From assembly GCF_036321535.1 (NCBI RefSeq), contig NC_087436.1, forward strand, positions 8,122,001-8,186,000: 64,000 nt of DNA, in the 5' to 3' direction. Of this stretch, positions 34,911 through 47,984 are shown piece by piece. The notes beneath the pieces are model-generated. The model made no database searches, had not been told where the DNA came from, and saw only the letters and a program-made list of their open reading frames with translations. The DNA is from Camelus dromedarius. Lineage: Eukaryota. Each line of letters opens with the position of its first letter. Position 1 is the stretch's first letter. The position numbers and the translations under genes are program-made.

Positions 34911-37299
34911 AGTTCTGTAGAGCTGATGAGATATAAATAATGCTGATTTCACAGCCTAGCAATTATAAGGGGTGCTTAAACATTTGGTACTAAATTATGT
35001 TGTTTCAAAGTAGTAATTAAAATTAAAACCCAGAAGCCAGTTTCTGGTGAATTATCCATTAATTTTATATTGTTGTCAGGAAGCTCCATAGTTGCTCATT
35101 TAACCAATAAATCAATTTGCTATTCATTAACCCCCAGAAGCATTTAATTAATGATTATTGACAATATCAATGACTAATTAGTTACAATTATTAACAATTA
35201 ATTAATGTCTCCAATTAATTACAACAAAAAATGGGCTCTTTATTGGTGTTAATTTTTTGTGCATTTGTCATTTTTATTTATTGATGCTCATTTCATATTT
35301 TATTAAATTTAATCTTGAGTATTTCTTGAATCAAATTACCTTCAAGATAATTATGTTTGCTTCTGCTAGACCTGAGAGAAACAGGCAATAGCTACATTAC
35401 TTTGTGTTGGACTTTGGCCTGTTTTGAGGAATTTGGCTTAATGAGGAACACTCAGTGTTAGTGTACATTCACATATCTAAGTCTTGATGTGAGAATCTTG
35501 GTGCTGACTGGTTAATTTTTTTCAGGCAATCTATTTTACCCTACTGGTTCTTTGCTCAAATTTGTGGGTGCTATTAGTTTTAATTTAAAGTTTTAAACAT
35601 TTAATGTCACTCTTATAGTCTAGAGACCCCAGCAAAAATTATTTTGCTTTCTTATTATATATATTGTATCACTATATTGTATTATATATAAAATATAGTT
35701 CAATTTTGGTAGATATATTCATTAAAATAAATCAAACTGTGAGAAGGGGAAATCCTAACAGCTGGAGGTTTTTCATGCTTCTAAGGAATATTCATCTCCA
35801 GATTCACTGGAAGATTTAGAGAAATAAAATATTTCCTACAAACTCTAAATTGTGAAACAGTAAAGATATTAGAAAGTAACTGGGAGAATTTCTCTTCTAT
35901 TTTAAATCAAATAAGAGCATTTGAAAAGAAAAATGTGTGCTTTCAATTTGAAAGTTAATATATTATCACTTTTGAAATTATATTTTAATTTTAATAGGGT
36001 TAATATAAATATCATTTATCTGACAATATAAAAAAAACTGGCCTCCTTTGCTTTGCCCAGGGATCATTAATCATATAATATGTGGAAAACAGTTTCTTAA
36101 TTTAGAGTTAAAATTGGGATAAAATTAACAGCTTCATGCGAAATGTACTCTCTGCTCTTTTAATGAGGATAACTTTTCACCAGTAGCCCATAGGAGCCGA
36201 GGTCTTGCTAGTCACTGAACAAACAGATTCTATTCCCTGGGAAAGCTATTAGACAACCTATGTATGTATCCACTTGCTAATGCTAATCGTGACACATATA
36301 CTTAGGAAGGTATAGGTTTGTTCTTAATTTTTGGTTTTACAGCATTCCTAAATAATCCTACCCGTATTTGTGGGGCTTAACATCTCATTAAGCGTGTCCT
36401 ATATCATACAACTCAGTGTTTGTTTTTTAAAGATATATAAATATATTTTCAGGACCATTATTCTTCCAGGCATAAATTTCTATTAACATATATTTAACAA
36501 ACAGAATGGCTAGCAAAAGATACAAAAGCAAAACATTACTACTCATAATTAGTAATAAGAGACACAAAATTGGAAAACATGATGAAGAAGAGTTGACAAT
36601 ATATACAATAGGAGTGCCTTTCTATATTTATCATAATTTTCAAGAAATTCACATACACTAGTTTTTTTTTAATCTAATAACTGTCAGAAACAATATTATT
36701 TTCAATTAAAACAATGTTTTTATGAAATTGATTATAGCTCAAATATTTTATATTATCTAAAACTTTCTCACAAAATTTGAAAAAGTTGCGTTAATTATTC
36801 CATGCGCAATTAGAACGACTTTAACATTTCAATAAAAAATTAAATCTTACAGGATTTCTTGCTCTAGATTGTACCTGACTAAATGTCCAACCAAAAACAA
36901 CAATAAAACTTGGAAAATATATATAATATCTTTTTTGAACTCATTAGAAAGGTTATGAATTGTGTTTCATATCCAACCAGCTTCATTATTAAAGCAGCAG
37001 GAGAGAATAGAAGCCAACTTGACTGCAAGAGAGGTTAAAGTCAAGCCACGCATAGAGTGAGAGTCTAAGAAACCATGGGGAAACTATCACTGAGGTTTTA
37101 TAAACCTAATTTGAGATGTTATCATCCATGCGGCGGGAAAACAAGTGGGAAATCAGTCAGAGCAAGAAATTAAAACATGATAAACATATTTTGCATCTTT
37201 TTTGGGGTACAACAAAGTTCATTCTGCAGTTTTAAGGGGAAAACGTGTAAGGCTTCTAACCAAACCCAGGTGGGATGAGGGTGATTCGTCTACATGTCA

Positions 37300-39400
37300 C
37301 AAAATATGTCAAGTAATTTGAAGATAGGTAGCATTTCAGAACTTCAGTATTTTTTCAGTGACAACATAGAACATCTTATATTAAATTACAAGGCACACCA
37401 AAAAAAAAAAAAATCAAGGGACAATGGAAATAGGAGAAAAATATATTCATAGTAGCTCATGAGTCCATTATTACAGTGATAAGAAAATGGAAAAATAGAC
37501 AAAAGTTGAAAAACTATGGAATAATGATTGAAAGACCAAAATGTTTGGAAATTAAATTCGTAATTTTGAATAAGACAAAAGTCTAACAAAAAAATAACAA
37601 TAGGAAACACAAATATATTGAACTGTGAGAAAATATATATAATGTTCAAAGTTATGGGTTTAAACTAACAGTGTTTATAATCAGTACTTTTTTGCTCTAA
37701 TGCATACACTGAAAATGAAGAGATGTCTAAAATAAATTATCTAAGAGTTAACAATGAAATAAAAAAATCAAATTTTTAAAAAGCAATGAGGCAAAAATCT
37801 ATTTTTAGAAAGTGATAAAATTTATAAAACCCAGTAAGATTCTGGAGTAAAGTGGCATATGTGGAACTTAGTTTCTAAAAGTTCAGAAAATCCTATCTAT
37901 TTATCTCTTTTACCTACTTTACCTATCTGTCTATCAGTCTATCAATCTATCTATCTATCTGTCTATCTGTCATCTATTTGCTTATCAGTTATCTACCCAT
38001 CTAACCATCTATTTATCTATCTCAAGAGAGAATGACAAAACAAATGTGGGCAAAATTTAACAATAGATTAATTCTTGCAATATTTTGTACATTTGAAATT
38101 ATTTAAATGAAGAAACTAAGAGCTAAAAATTCAATATGATTCAACATATTAATAGAATATATCATCAGTAGAATAAAAAAGCAGAAAAAAGTGTTTATAT
38201 GCATATTTATGATTTTAAAACTACTCAAAACTAGGAATATAAGCAAAATTCTTTAAATTGGATAGTGGTATCCAAAGAAACAAAAAATAAATAGGCAAAA
38301 CTCTGCTCACAAAAATACCTAATGATGATCCATTAAATGCTTCTCCCCTAAATTCAGGAACAGATTGATATTTTATTTACTTTCACCATTTCTATTCAAC
38401 ATTGTACTGGGGACCCTACCCAGTGCAATATATGAGAAGTAGAAATAACTGGTGTAAGGATGTAGGAAATACATAAAATGTCATTATTTGAGATGAAATC
38501 TTCGTAGGCATTAAAAACACAAATGATCAGTAAATGGTGATCATAGCAAGCCACTGAATAAAAAATTATTAAAAATTATTTGTATTTCAATAAGCAAAAA
38601 CAACTATCAAAAGTAGAAAAATATCATTTGAAAGAGCTTCAAAAAGAAAAAAAAAAGAGCTTCAAAAAGAATAAAATACCAAAGAATTAATCTCACAAAG
38701 AATAGCAAAAATATCTACACTAAAACCTACCAATTTACTGGGAGATATAAAGGGACCCCCACCAAATTGAGAACTACTGGAAGATTTAAGATACTTAAGA
38801 TATTAAATCTTGTTAAAATAACATCATCAAATCTTACCAAATCAGTCAATAGACAGCACAGTACTACTCAATGCGAGTGTATGCGTGAGTGTGCATTGAT
38901 GCAGTCTGACAAGCTGGTCCTAAAATTTATGATGATACGAAATGGGAAAGTCAAGACACTTTTCAAGTATAATAACAACATTTGAACACTTAAGTGATCA
39001 ATTTTAAAGTTTTCTGTGATAGCAATAATTAAGACTGATATTAATAAAATAATATAAAATAACTTACTGAACAAAATCAAGTCCTGAAGTAGCTCCACTT
39101 TTATACAACCATTTTATTTACAACAAAAACATCATTGCAATTTAGTAAGAAAATAATAGACTTCACTGGATATCACTGTGAAACAAAATGACACATCTCA
39201 CTGTATCCTTACTAAAGCATGCATTTTGTAGCTTATAAATATATATCTATGTGCCAAAACCATCAACTTCATGTAGGAAATGCAAGAAAATATATTTTCT
39301 AGCAAAGCTCACTTTAATAAGATATTAAAAAACAATAATCACTAAATAATGATGAATTGGAATTCATTAAAACAAACCACTCCCATTTTATTTTCATTAA
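37300..39400 (+). mobile_element. Old L1M ORF2 fragments including an RT-domain remnant
   Basis: 38338-38460 GCTTCTCCCCTAAATTCAGGAACA...CCATTTCTATTCAACATTGTACTGG resembles AFPL.SGTRQGCPLSPLLFNIVLE; many stops and indels. Confidence 0.75.
37893..38021. repeat. (TCTA/TATC)n degenerate tetranucleotide repeat
   Basis: Visible directly. Confidence 0.85.
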
Positions 39401-39405
39401 GAATA

Positions 39406-39851
39406 TGTGTTATCTGGGGTCCTCTGAGAAGCAAATACCAAGATGGGTTATAGAAGCAAGAAATTTATTAGGGGAAACATCTATGAAAGAGAAATTGGAA
39501 AGGACACTGGGGAAGCTATCAGACTATGATAGGAATTGGACTCAGAGTAAACAAGAGAGAAATGGGAGGAGGACAAGCAGAGTGGAAGCTTCTTAGAGGG
39601 TAATATGCGTCTAGAGAAAGTTCAACAGGGCTGTGAAGTGTCTTCAAGTCACACATCAGATGGTCCCGCATCTCCCAGAACTGGACCTGCCTTAGTATCC
39701 CTGATGTGCTCACTCACTGGCTAAGAGTAGACCATGGGGATGTGACTTCACTGCAATGAGATGTTAGATTTCAGAGTGTAGCCACTGGGGCCTCAGTCAG
39801 TTAGGTTCCCTGCGTCCACAGATCTGAAGGGACATTCTCACGACCATCACA
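39406..39851 (-). mobile_element. LTR16C-like ERVL solo LTR
   Basis: Reverse complement TGTGATGGTCGTGAGAATGTCCCTTCAGATCT...GGGATACTAAGGCAGGTCCAGTTCTGGGAGATGCGGGAC matches recalled LTR16C; TG...CA ends. Confidence 0.8.
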
Positions 39852-40342
39852 GATACAGATAGGAAAGCAGTAATTTCATATGTATGTATGGATGTGTGCA
39901 AAATTGTGAACGTTATTGTCAACCTTTTTGGAAAAGATTTGAAGAATAAACAAACTAATGGATCCATATTGTTCAATTTTGGAGAGATATCAATTCTTCT
40001 TAAGTAGATCAATAGAGCTACATTAATTTAATTAAGTCAATTGGAAACCCGAAATTCCTTTAAGTTGTTCTATACTTCTGCCGAATGCTAAGAATATCTA
40101 TGAAATTTGAGAAAGAGAAAGAAACTGGGTGAGTTGAAGTGCTACTTACCAAGACCTCTTATAAAGATCTGGTAATCAAGATACAATAGTGATATTTCAG
40201 AGACAGGTTAAAAAAAAAAAAAAAGACCACTTAAACAAAATAAAAATACCTGTTGTGGGGGGACCTCATGTAGATGTAGAACTTGATCTCTGTGGCTCAT
40301 GTGACACAGCAGATTAATAGAGAAAGAATAAACCATTACTAA

Positions 40343-40520
40343 CCACTTATATAAAATAGATAAACAAGTTTCTTTTGTATAACACAGGGAACTATATTCA
40401 ATATCTTGTAGTAACCTATAATGAAAAAATATGAAAATAAATACATGTATATGTATGACTGAAACATTATACTGTGCACCAGAAACTGACACAACATTGT
40501 AAACTGACTCTATTTCAATA
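40343..40520 (+). mobile_element. Short L1 3'-end fragment
   Basis: ATAAAATAGATAAACAAG...CACAGGGAACTATATTCAATATCTTGTAG...ACATTGTAAACTGACT. Confidence 0.9.
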
Positions 40521-40530
40521 TTAATTGTCT

Positions 40531-41035
40531 TGTATTAATTACTGCTTCATATCAAACTTCTCCAAGATAGGAAGGGTCTAAACAATCAATTTATTCAGCC
40601 CTTGGTTTTATGAATCACCTGGTGTGGTTATGTTCTTGGCTGTCTTGACTGATCCTTGTGTTCACTGAGCAGCTTGGCTGGCTTTGGATGGTCTTGAATG
40701 TTTAGTGAGACTGGGTGATCTAAGGTGTCTACCAAGAAAGCTCAATTTTGTTCCACATGCTGCCGTTCCCCAGTAGGATGCTGGGCTTCCCTACATGATG
40801 GCAAAGGAGATGTTGGCAGCATGAACAGAAGGAGCAAGTAATTCAAATCACTGCTTATGCCACACTAGTTTTTTGTTTGTTTGTTTGTTTGTTTAAATTC
40901 TCGTTGTCAAACCAGCTCAACAAAGCCAATCTCAGGGTCGGCATATGAGGAGACTATTCAAGAATGTGCACGGAGGGAGTGAGAAAATGGAAAAATGATG
41001 GACAGTTTTCAAAAAATTATGCACACACACCCACA
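40531..41035 (-). mobile_element. MaLR LTR (MLT1H/G-like)
   Basis: TGTATTAATTACTGCT...TTTATTCAGCCC...TGTTCCACATG...GGGCTTCCCTACATGATGGC is an antisense MLT1 pattern. Confidence 0.55.
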
Positions 41036-41042
41036 CAGTATC

Positions 41043-41403
41043 TGCTATTTACTGAATGTTTGTTTTCCTCACCCACTAAAATTCATATGCTGAAACCCAC
41101 AAGTGGTGGTACGTGGAGGTGGAGCCTTCGGGAGGTGCTTAGGTCATGAGGGTGGAGCCCTTGTGAATGGAATTAGTGCCCTTATAGAAGAGACCTCAGA
41201 GCTCCCTTGCCTTCTCCACCACGTGAAAAACAATGAGATGTTGAAAGTCTGCAACCAGGAAGTGGGCCCTTCCCAGAATCTACAAGCTGGTACCCTGATC
41301 TCAGACTTTCAGCCTCCAGAGCAGTGAGAAATAAATTTCTGTTGCTTATAAGCCCCATACAGTCTATGATAATTTGTAATAGCAATCCAAGTAGACTAGG
41401 ACA
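41043..41403 (+). mobile_element. MLT1A/MLT1A0 MaLR solo LTR
   Basis: TGCTATTTACTGAATGTTTG...GGAGGTGGAGCCTTCGGGAGGTG...AGGTCATGAGGGTGGAGCCC...CAGCCTCCAGA...AATAAATTTCTGTTG...GACTAGGACA. Confidence 0.88.
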
Positions 41404-41611
41404 TAATTCACAAGGGGAAGGATGAAATTTCAGAGATTTTAATCCCTATAATATCAATAAAAGATGAATTAAGGGTTTAAGTTTGAAATTAAATTTTAAA
41501 ACTTTTAGCATATATAGATAATGCAGAAAATTTTTCTTAACCTTAAAATGGTCAAATTAATGACTTCATTAAATTAAAATTATAAATTCTGCTCAAAATA
41601 GAAATAATACA

Positions 41612-41964
41612 GGGGGAGGTGCCAAGATGGTGGAATAGAGAGACTCACAGCTCACCGTCTCCCACAAATACACCAAGAATTACATCTACAAACCCGCTGA
41701 ATCACAAGGAACACCTGCTGAACTCTGGCAGAGTGTCTTTTACTTTGAAATACAGGGGGATTCTCACAAAACCCATTTCTACTGTACAGCACAGGGAACT
41801 ATATTCACTATCTTGTATTACCTATAATGCAAAAGAATATGAAAATGAAAAAGAATATGAAAATGAAAATACGTATGTGTATGTATGACTGAAACATGAT
41901 GCTGTGCACCAGAAATTGATGCAACATTGTAAACTGACTGTACTTCAGTAAAAAAGAATGCCAA
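41612..41964 (+). mobile_element. Internally deleted L1: first ~165 nt of the 5'UTR joined to the last ~190 nt of 3'UTR/tail
   Basis: GGGGGAGGTGCCAAGATGGTGGA (L1 start with YY1 motif); junction ~41775/76; then TTTCTACTGTACAGCACAGGGAACTATATTC...ACATTGTAAACTGACT and an A-tail; degenerate 17-bp TSD (14/17 match) at 41595-41611 and 41965-41981. Confidence 0.85.
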
Positions 41965-41981
41965 AAAAAAGACACAATACA

Positions 41982-42905
41982 AAAAATGGAAAAACAAGCC
42001 ATAAATTTGGAGAGTGTATTTAAAATATGTAAGAGGCCAACATTACATAGTACATAACATTTTTTAAAATCTTAAATAAAAAGTGATCATTTCACCAAAA
42101 GGAGATGAAGATACACCCTAACATTAATAATTAGAGAACAGAAAATTACTATAACAAATGCTCATCAGTTTATACATATCAGATTAGGAAAACTTAGAAG
42201 TCTGATGAGTTTCTTTGGTAAAGACTTGGAAAATTAGGTATGCTCCTCATGGGAGTGTTAATTGGTACAACTACATTGGAAAAATATGATATTTATGAAA
42301 TTTTAAAATGCCAAGTTTTCTAGTGACACAGCAGTTCCTTTACGTATTTTATACAGTAAAATTTCTCATGTGTGTGCTTCACAAGTGTTCAGTGTTCATA
42401 GAAGTACTGTTTGCAAGAAACGGGGGAAAATCTGGAAGTTCATTAAAGAAGATTGGATAGTTAAATTATTACATTTATTCATGGAAATATACAAGGATGC
42501 AAAAATGGAGTATCTATAGTCATCTGTAACCATACACATCCACACATGTATCTCTCAAAATTATAATGCTGAGCAAAAAAAAGAAAAGGAAAAGAAAATC
42601 ATGGTGTATCCTGAGTGTGGATCCAATATGTAAATTTCAAAAGCAGAGAAAACTACAAGGACATTATTTAATGCTCAGAAAAGTAATCTGAAAATCATGA
42701 GTATGATACTTACATAACTCAACAGTGTTCACTTGGTCTAGGAGGAGAGGGTAGTGATGTTAAAATGTGTACGAGGCTTCAAAGAGGTAGAAACACCAGT
42801 GTACTGTATGCATGAGTGTTAATTTCAATTCTCTTTATTTCGAATGTATATCTTATACAGTACAATGTGTGTAAAATAATTGATAATGAAATAATTAAAA
42901 AACAT
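41982..42905 (+). mobile_element. Old L1M ORF2 end/3'UTR; host of the 41612 insertion, also upstream from ~41410
   Basis: AAATTCTGCTCAAAA...[insertion]...AAAATGGAAAAACAAGCCATAAATTTGGAGAG resembles NFCS.KD...MKRQATDWEK; GGGAGTGTTAATTGGTACAACTACATTGGAAAA. Confidence 0.7.
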
Positions 42906-44310
42906 GGTAGCAAAATTAATTTATAACTTATGCAAAATATATTGTTTATTCTCTAAAAGTCAATGCAATGAAAAAGGGATTAGAGTGTAGACAAATTAAA
43001 AATCAGTAGACATACTAGCTTGTATCAAATACCATTTTTCCCCTCGTGAAGGTGTTAAATCTTGATTTTCGAGCTCTCTCATAGTTTATAATTTTACCAT
43101 TTAAAAATGGAGTCAGACTGCTTTTTTGAATTCTTGACCTTACAAAATTTAGTTAACATTGCTAAACTTCTCTTTTCCCCACAAAAATTAGAATATCAAT
43201 ATATATTGTAAAATAACATATAACATATTACAATATATATTAGCAGTCAATTTCATCCATGTTAATTTGAGGACATAAACATGAGAGTTCAAAAAATCGC
43301 TTTTAATACTAATTTAATCTCATAAGTACTCAATAGCTATGGTTTTTAGTACTAGTTAACACTACTCTTATACTGAATAGAGTTAGGATTATACTGTAAT
43401 TATAGTAACCTGATTTTTATTGACTAATTTAAATGTATAACAGAGAATTAATTATCTTTTATAATCTATTTCAGGTGTTCTTCAATTAAGATTCTTACAA
43501 CCACTGAAATTTCATGGACAGGACTCAAGGATGTTTTTTGATTTTTCTCCCTTAGACTATTGATAATATTTCCTAATTTCAGTCAAAAAATATTGTATTT
43601 ACAAAATGTGCATTTTTTCTACTGATTCTATAACTTTGAATGGATTATTATCCATAGCAGTACAATATATACTCTTCTCATTAAAAATGTAAACTAATTT
43701 TTCCAGATTCAAACTAAACTTCATAGATGCATTTTTGAAATGATGCCTGATACTATAAATGCTGCTATATATAAGAAATCCAGAGAAATCTAATGTTAAA
43801 GAATGACAGTTTATTTCATTTTTTTTTTAAACTAATAGAGATACATTAATCAGGAAGAGTGACAAAGGTTTTTTCCTACGGGAAAATGTTACTGTTGATT
43901 TTACACTAAATTGCCATTATTGTCCCTTATTGAGTAATATACCTACAGTTGATTTCATATAAACAGCAGAGACTACAGGATACGTGGAGGGAGGTAAGGT
44001 GGACAACTGTAGGAAAATAAAGTTAGTCTTTTATTCTGTGTCAGCACTAACTGTGCTGGACAGCTACAGAGTAACACCATTTTAACTTTTTGGCTTGAAA
44101 TGTAAATTTTAAAGCTTGTTTGTTCATTGCCTAGACAACTCTCCAGGGTGATTTGATATACAAATTGTTCCTTTACCCTTAGGAATATTCTATGACTTTA
44201 CAGAAAACGTATAATTTTCAAAGTAGTAACTCTGTTTTGTTACATTGTGAAAAACTGAGCATTGACAAGGATCCATGAATGTTACCTGCTCTTTTAAAAT
44301 ACAAATATTC

Positions 44311-44874
44311 CTAGACTTACCATATGACCCAGGAATCCTGCTCCTGGGCATACATCCAGAAGGAACCCTACTCCAAAATGACACCTGCTCCCCAATGTTC
44401 ATAGCAGCACTATTTACAATAGCCAAGACATGGAAACAGCCCAAATGTCCATCAACAGATGACTGGATAAAGAAGCTGTGGTATATTTATACAATGGAAT
44501 ACTATTCAGCCGTAAAAACTGACAACATAACACCATTTGCAGCAACATGGATGCTCCTGGAGAATGTCATTCTAAGTGAAGTAAACCAGAAAGAGAAAGA
44601 AAAATACCATATGAGATCGCTCATATGTGGAATCTAAAATTTAAAAAAACACAAACAAACAAACAAACAAAACACAAATACAAAACAGAAACAGACTCAT
44701 AGACATAGAATATAAACTTGTGGTTGCCAATGGGGTGGGGGAGTGGGAAGGGATAGACTGGGATTTCAAAATGTAGAATAGACAAACAAGATTAAACTGT
44801 ATAGCACAGGGAAACATATACAAGATCTTATAGTAGCTCACAGAGAAAAAAAAATGACAATGACTATATATATG
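44311..44874 (+). mobile_element. Young L1 fragment: open ORF2 C-terminus and partial 3'UTR; 3' tip and A-tail missing
   Basis: ORF gives DLPYDPGILLLGIHPE...CSPMFIAALFTIAKTWKQPKCPSTDDWIKKLWYIYTMEYYSA...YHMRSLICGI*, the L1 ORF2 C-terminus. Confidence 0.95.
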
Positions 44875-47339
44875 CTCCAAAAGGAGAAACAAGGAGCAGG
44901 GTATGGGAGAGATCTTAGATGAGCTGGTTTGGGGAGACTTCAAGTTTCCCAAAGAGGCCATGGAACTGCAAAATTATCCTTTGTCAAATTATTCTGTTTT
45001 GGAGATATTGGTCCACATTAGTGTCATAGTGGTAGAACATATAGTCAGCAGGTAAGGAATTGGGGAGCTGCAATTTAGAATGAGAATTACTCACAGGCTT
45101 AGACTACAATTGAAAGAAACAAAATTGGTTTTACAAAAGAGCTGAGGAGGTTTTTGCTCAACAGAAGAAGAAGTAAGGAAGAGTCCTATCTAATAGAAAG
45201 TCAGTGCTTAATCCCCCCTCAATAAGAGCCAAGAACACGTCCATCCAGGAAGATTCCTGCTTAAACAGAAATAAGCAGGGAAGAGTTTCATCCAAAAGAA
45301 AATCAGAGCTCAAACTCTCACTCAAAAGAGCCAGTAACTCTTCCGTCCAGGTGATTCTCCTTCACACAGAAGTTCTAAATCTGTCTTCTAAAATGAGACT
45401 CAAATCTCTCTTCCAGAATTGCTGTTCATATGAATACATTTGTTGTAATTGCACACTGCACTAAAACCAACTTAAAATAATATATTCAGAAATGAAATGA
45501 AATTAAATGTAGTTTATCACAAAAGAAGTGTGTTTTGACATTTTAAATGTGTCTAAAACATTTTATTAGTACAACGGTTAAACTATGCTGTGACTCAAAA
45601 AACTCTTCAGGAGTTTTGACTAGCAAGTTTTACATCTGCCTCAAATGAATCATCACCCAAATCTGATCGTAAGTTCAGACAAATCTTTTAATCTACTAAT
45701 TATATAATTTAATAGTATCAAAAAGAGCAAGATATTTTTAAATCAGTAACTTTGTCTTTTCCTTTTCCAAAAACTGAAAAGATTAAAACTAAGAACACTC
45801 GGAGGACAAGAAAAATTTAAAAATTAAGATAACTGATAAATTCTATAATAAATATCTTCACTTAATAAGATTAATTTTATTTCTTCTTAGCATAAACGAT
45901 ACTCATTTAACTTTACATGTATACGTAACATATGGTATAAAATTTAGCAACATTTTATTTACAACTTTTCCAATGAATAAATCAAAAATTCTGCAATTTT
46001 TTTTCAGAATGATTAGGTATTTTTAAACTTTTTTTGAAAGATATGTTGCTTCTAATTGTAGGCCAAGATGCTAATACTTCTTTTAATCGTGTTTTATATC
46101 CTAAGAGAAAATTTCTTTGAGAAATGACTTTTAATGTGTTAGTGACATTGATAATTTCTATCTGATTTGTCTTTTTCATTTTTCTCTATCACTCTTACTG
46201 TCTAAATACTGCTCATAAAAAACATAATGAATTGTCAAAAGCACTGGCATAATTTTACGCTGACCAGCATCCGTGCTGCTGACCACCATGGCTGTATTTC
46301 TACTCATACACTATCAGTGACTAGAAAATTAAATGTATTTCCAATAAATAACATGTAAGGATTTCACTAATTGAAAAACCCCACTGAGTCATTCTCATAA
46401 CTGTTAGAATTATCGTTTTCTTCAGAACTTTTCCTCCCTTGGAAAGATTACAGATGCAAGTAGTCAATCTTCATTATCATGAAGTATGGTTTCATCTACT
46501 TATAATGAGAATATGCTTCACCGCATTACACAGCTGATTCTCAATATTTTTGCTATTCCATTGATTCTTCGTGAAACCATATCATTGTCCAGTGGAGTAG
46601 AATAAATTATTTCATTTAGATGTCCTTCCATCACCATACTAATAACGTATCACGCAGCAAGTAAGATTAATTATTCTCTAATAGTATGTGGCTTAAGGCA
46701 TTTTCTTCTCATTCATCTTATTCAACAAAAAAATAACACCATGCAGTGAGAACACCATCATGACTCAAGGACTATTTAAATTGTAGTGGGGAGAATAACA
46801 TGGCTTTAATATTTGTAATAAATATAAGAATTAATATAGAGAGAGAAAATATTGTAATAGCATGTTTATGTATAAAATGTCCATCTAATCTTCATGGATT
46901 CATTGTAATAGTAAAGAATATATGTTAGCAGAGTAATGCATTAGAACCTTCAATTTCATGTGAAGATTAAAACTAAATTCCAAGGCCTTAAATGTAGATT
47001 TTTGCCTCTTTTACTCAAGCTACTCAAACTGTTACTTTGTAACAAAACATAAACATGAAATAAATAATGGACACACAGTGTGAATGCTGCAGCTACAAAT
47101 ATATGTGAAATACAATTGTGTTGTGCTGGGTATTCAAACACCAGAGGTGACTTTTCCATAGATAATGTTATTTTTGCAAAATAGGAGGTAATTCTTAGCA
47201 AATTTTTTAGAGAAATAAAATAATTCTCCCTTCAGATTTAATGGTAGATGTATTTATGAAAGTCACAGGACATATTAAAACCAGGTATTTCCCTGTATAT
47301 CTATATATAATAGATTTAGGTTTTAGTCACGGCTAATTT

Positions 47340-47535
47340 TCAAATTCATGATTATCAAGTAGGTCATTTGAAGGTTATATTGGAAGTAAATTCTTTGTTG
47401 TACATGACTATCTGTTCCTTTGCAAGAAATTTTAGCATCTCTTAAATCCACTAACTGTATGCCAATAGTTCCTTCTGATTGTTTTGTCTACTTGTCTATC
47501 AACTCCATTAGTAGGCAACACCATTTCTATTGAAG
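47340..47535 (-). mobile_element. MER20-like hAT-Charlie remnant
   Basis: AATTCTTTGTTG...TTTAGCATC...ATGCCAATAG resembles the MER20 reverse complement. Confidence 0.5.
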
Positions 47536-47984
47536 GATTTCTTGTATGATGGATGTGGCACTTTAGATGATTGCTACTATAACCCATCTACTTCAGTAAC
47601 CCTAACAAATTTCAGCAGTCATACTCATAAGAAAAATTGAAAATGCTTTCTACATATTCATATTCCAGATATACCAACCTGCTCTTACTAACATTTTACA
47701 AACCTTATTCTCATTCTGAGTACCTTAACCATTTTCTCAGAGAATTAATTCTAACCTTTGCATACAGTTTTGCTGACATATATCTACTTCCTTGCTATTT
47801 TCTTTGTATATGAGTTTTCTCCAGAACTCTACTTACCACTAATTCTTTTAAAATGTAATATATATGTGTGTGTGAATACACGTGTGTGTGTGTGTGTATA
47901 TATATTCTCTCTCTTTCCATATGCACACATACACACACAAAATAAGTCTTTTTATCTTTTTATCTTTTAATCTCTGCTGAAAAA

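Noticed and set aside
44275..44637. 120-aa ORF as a host gene
   Set aside because: It is the C-terminus of L1 ORF2 in a truncated L1, with a chance upstream ATG.
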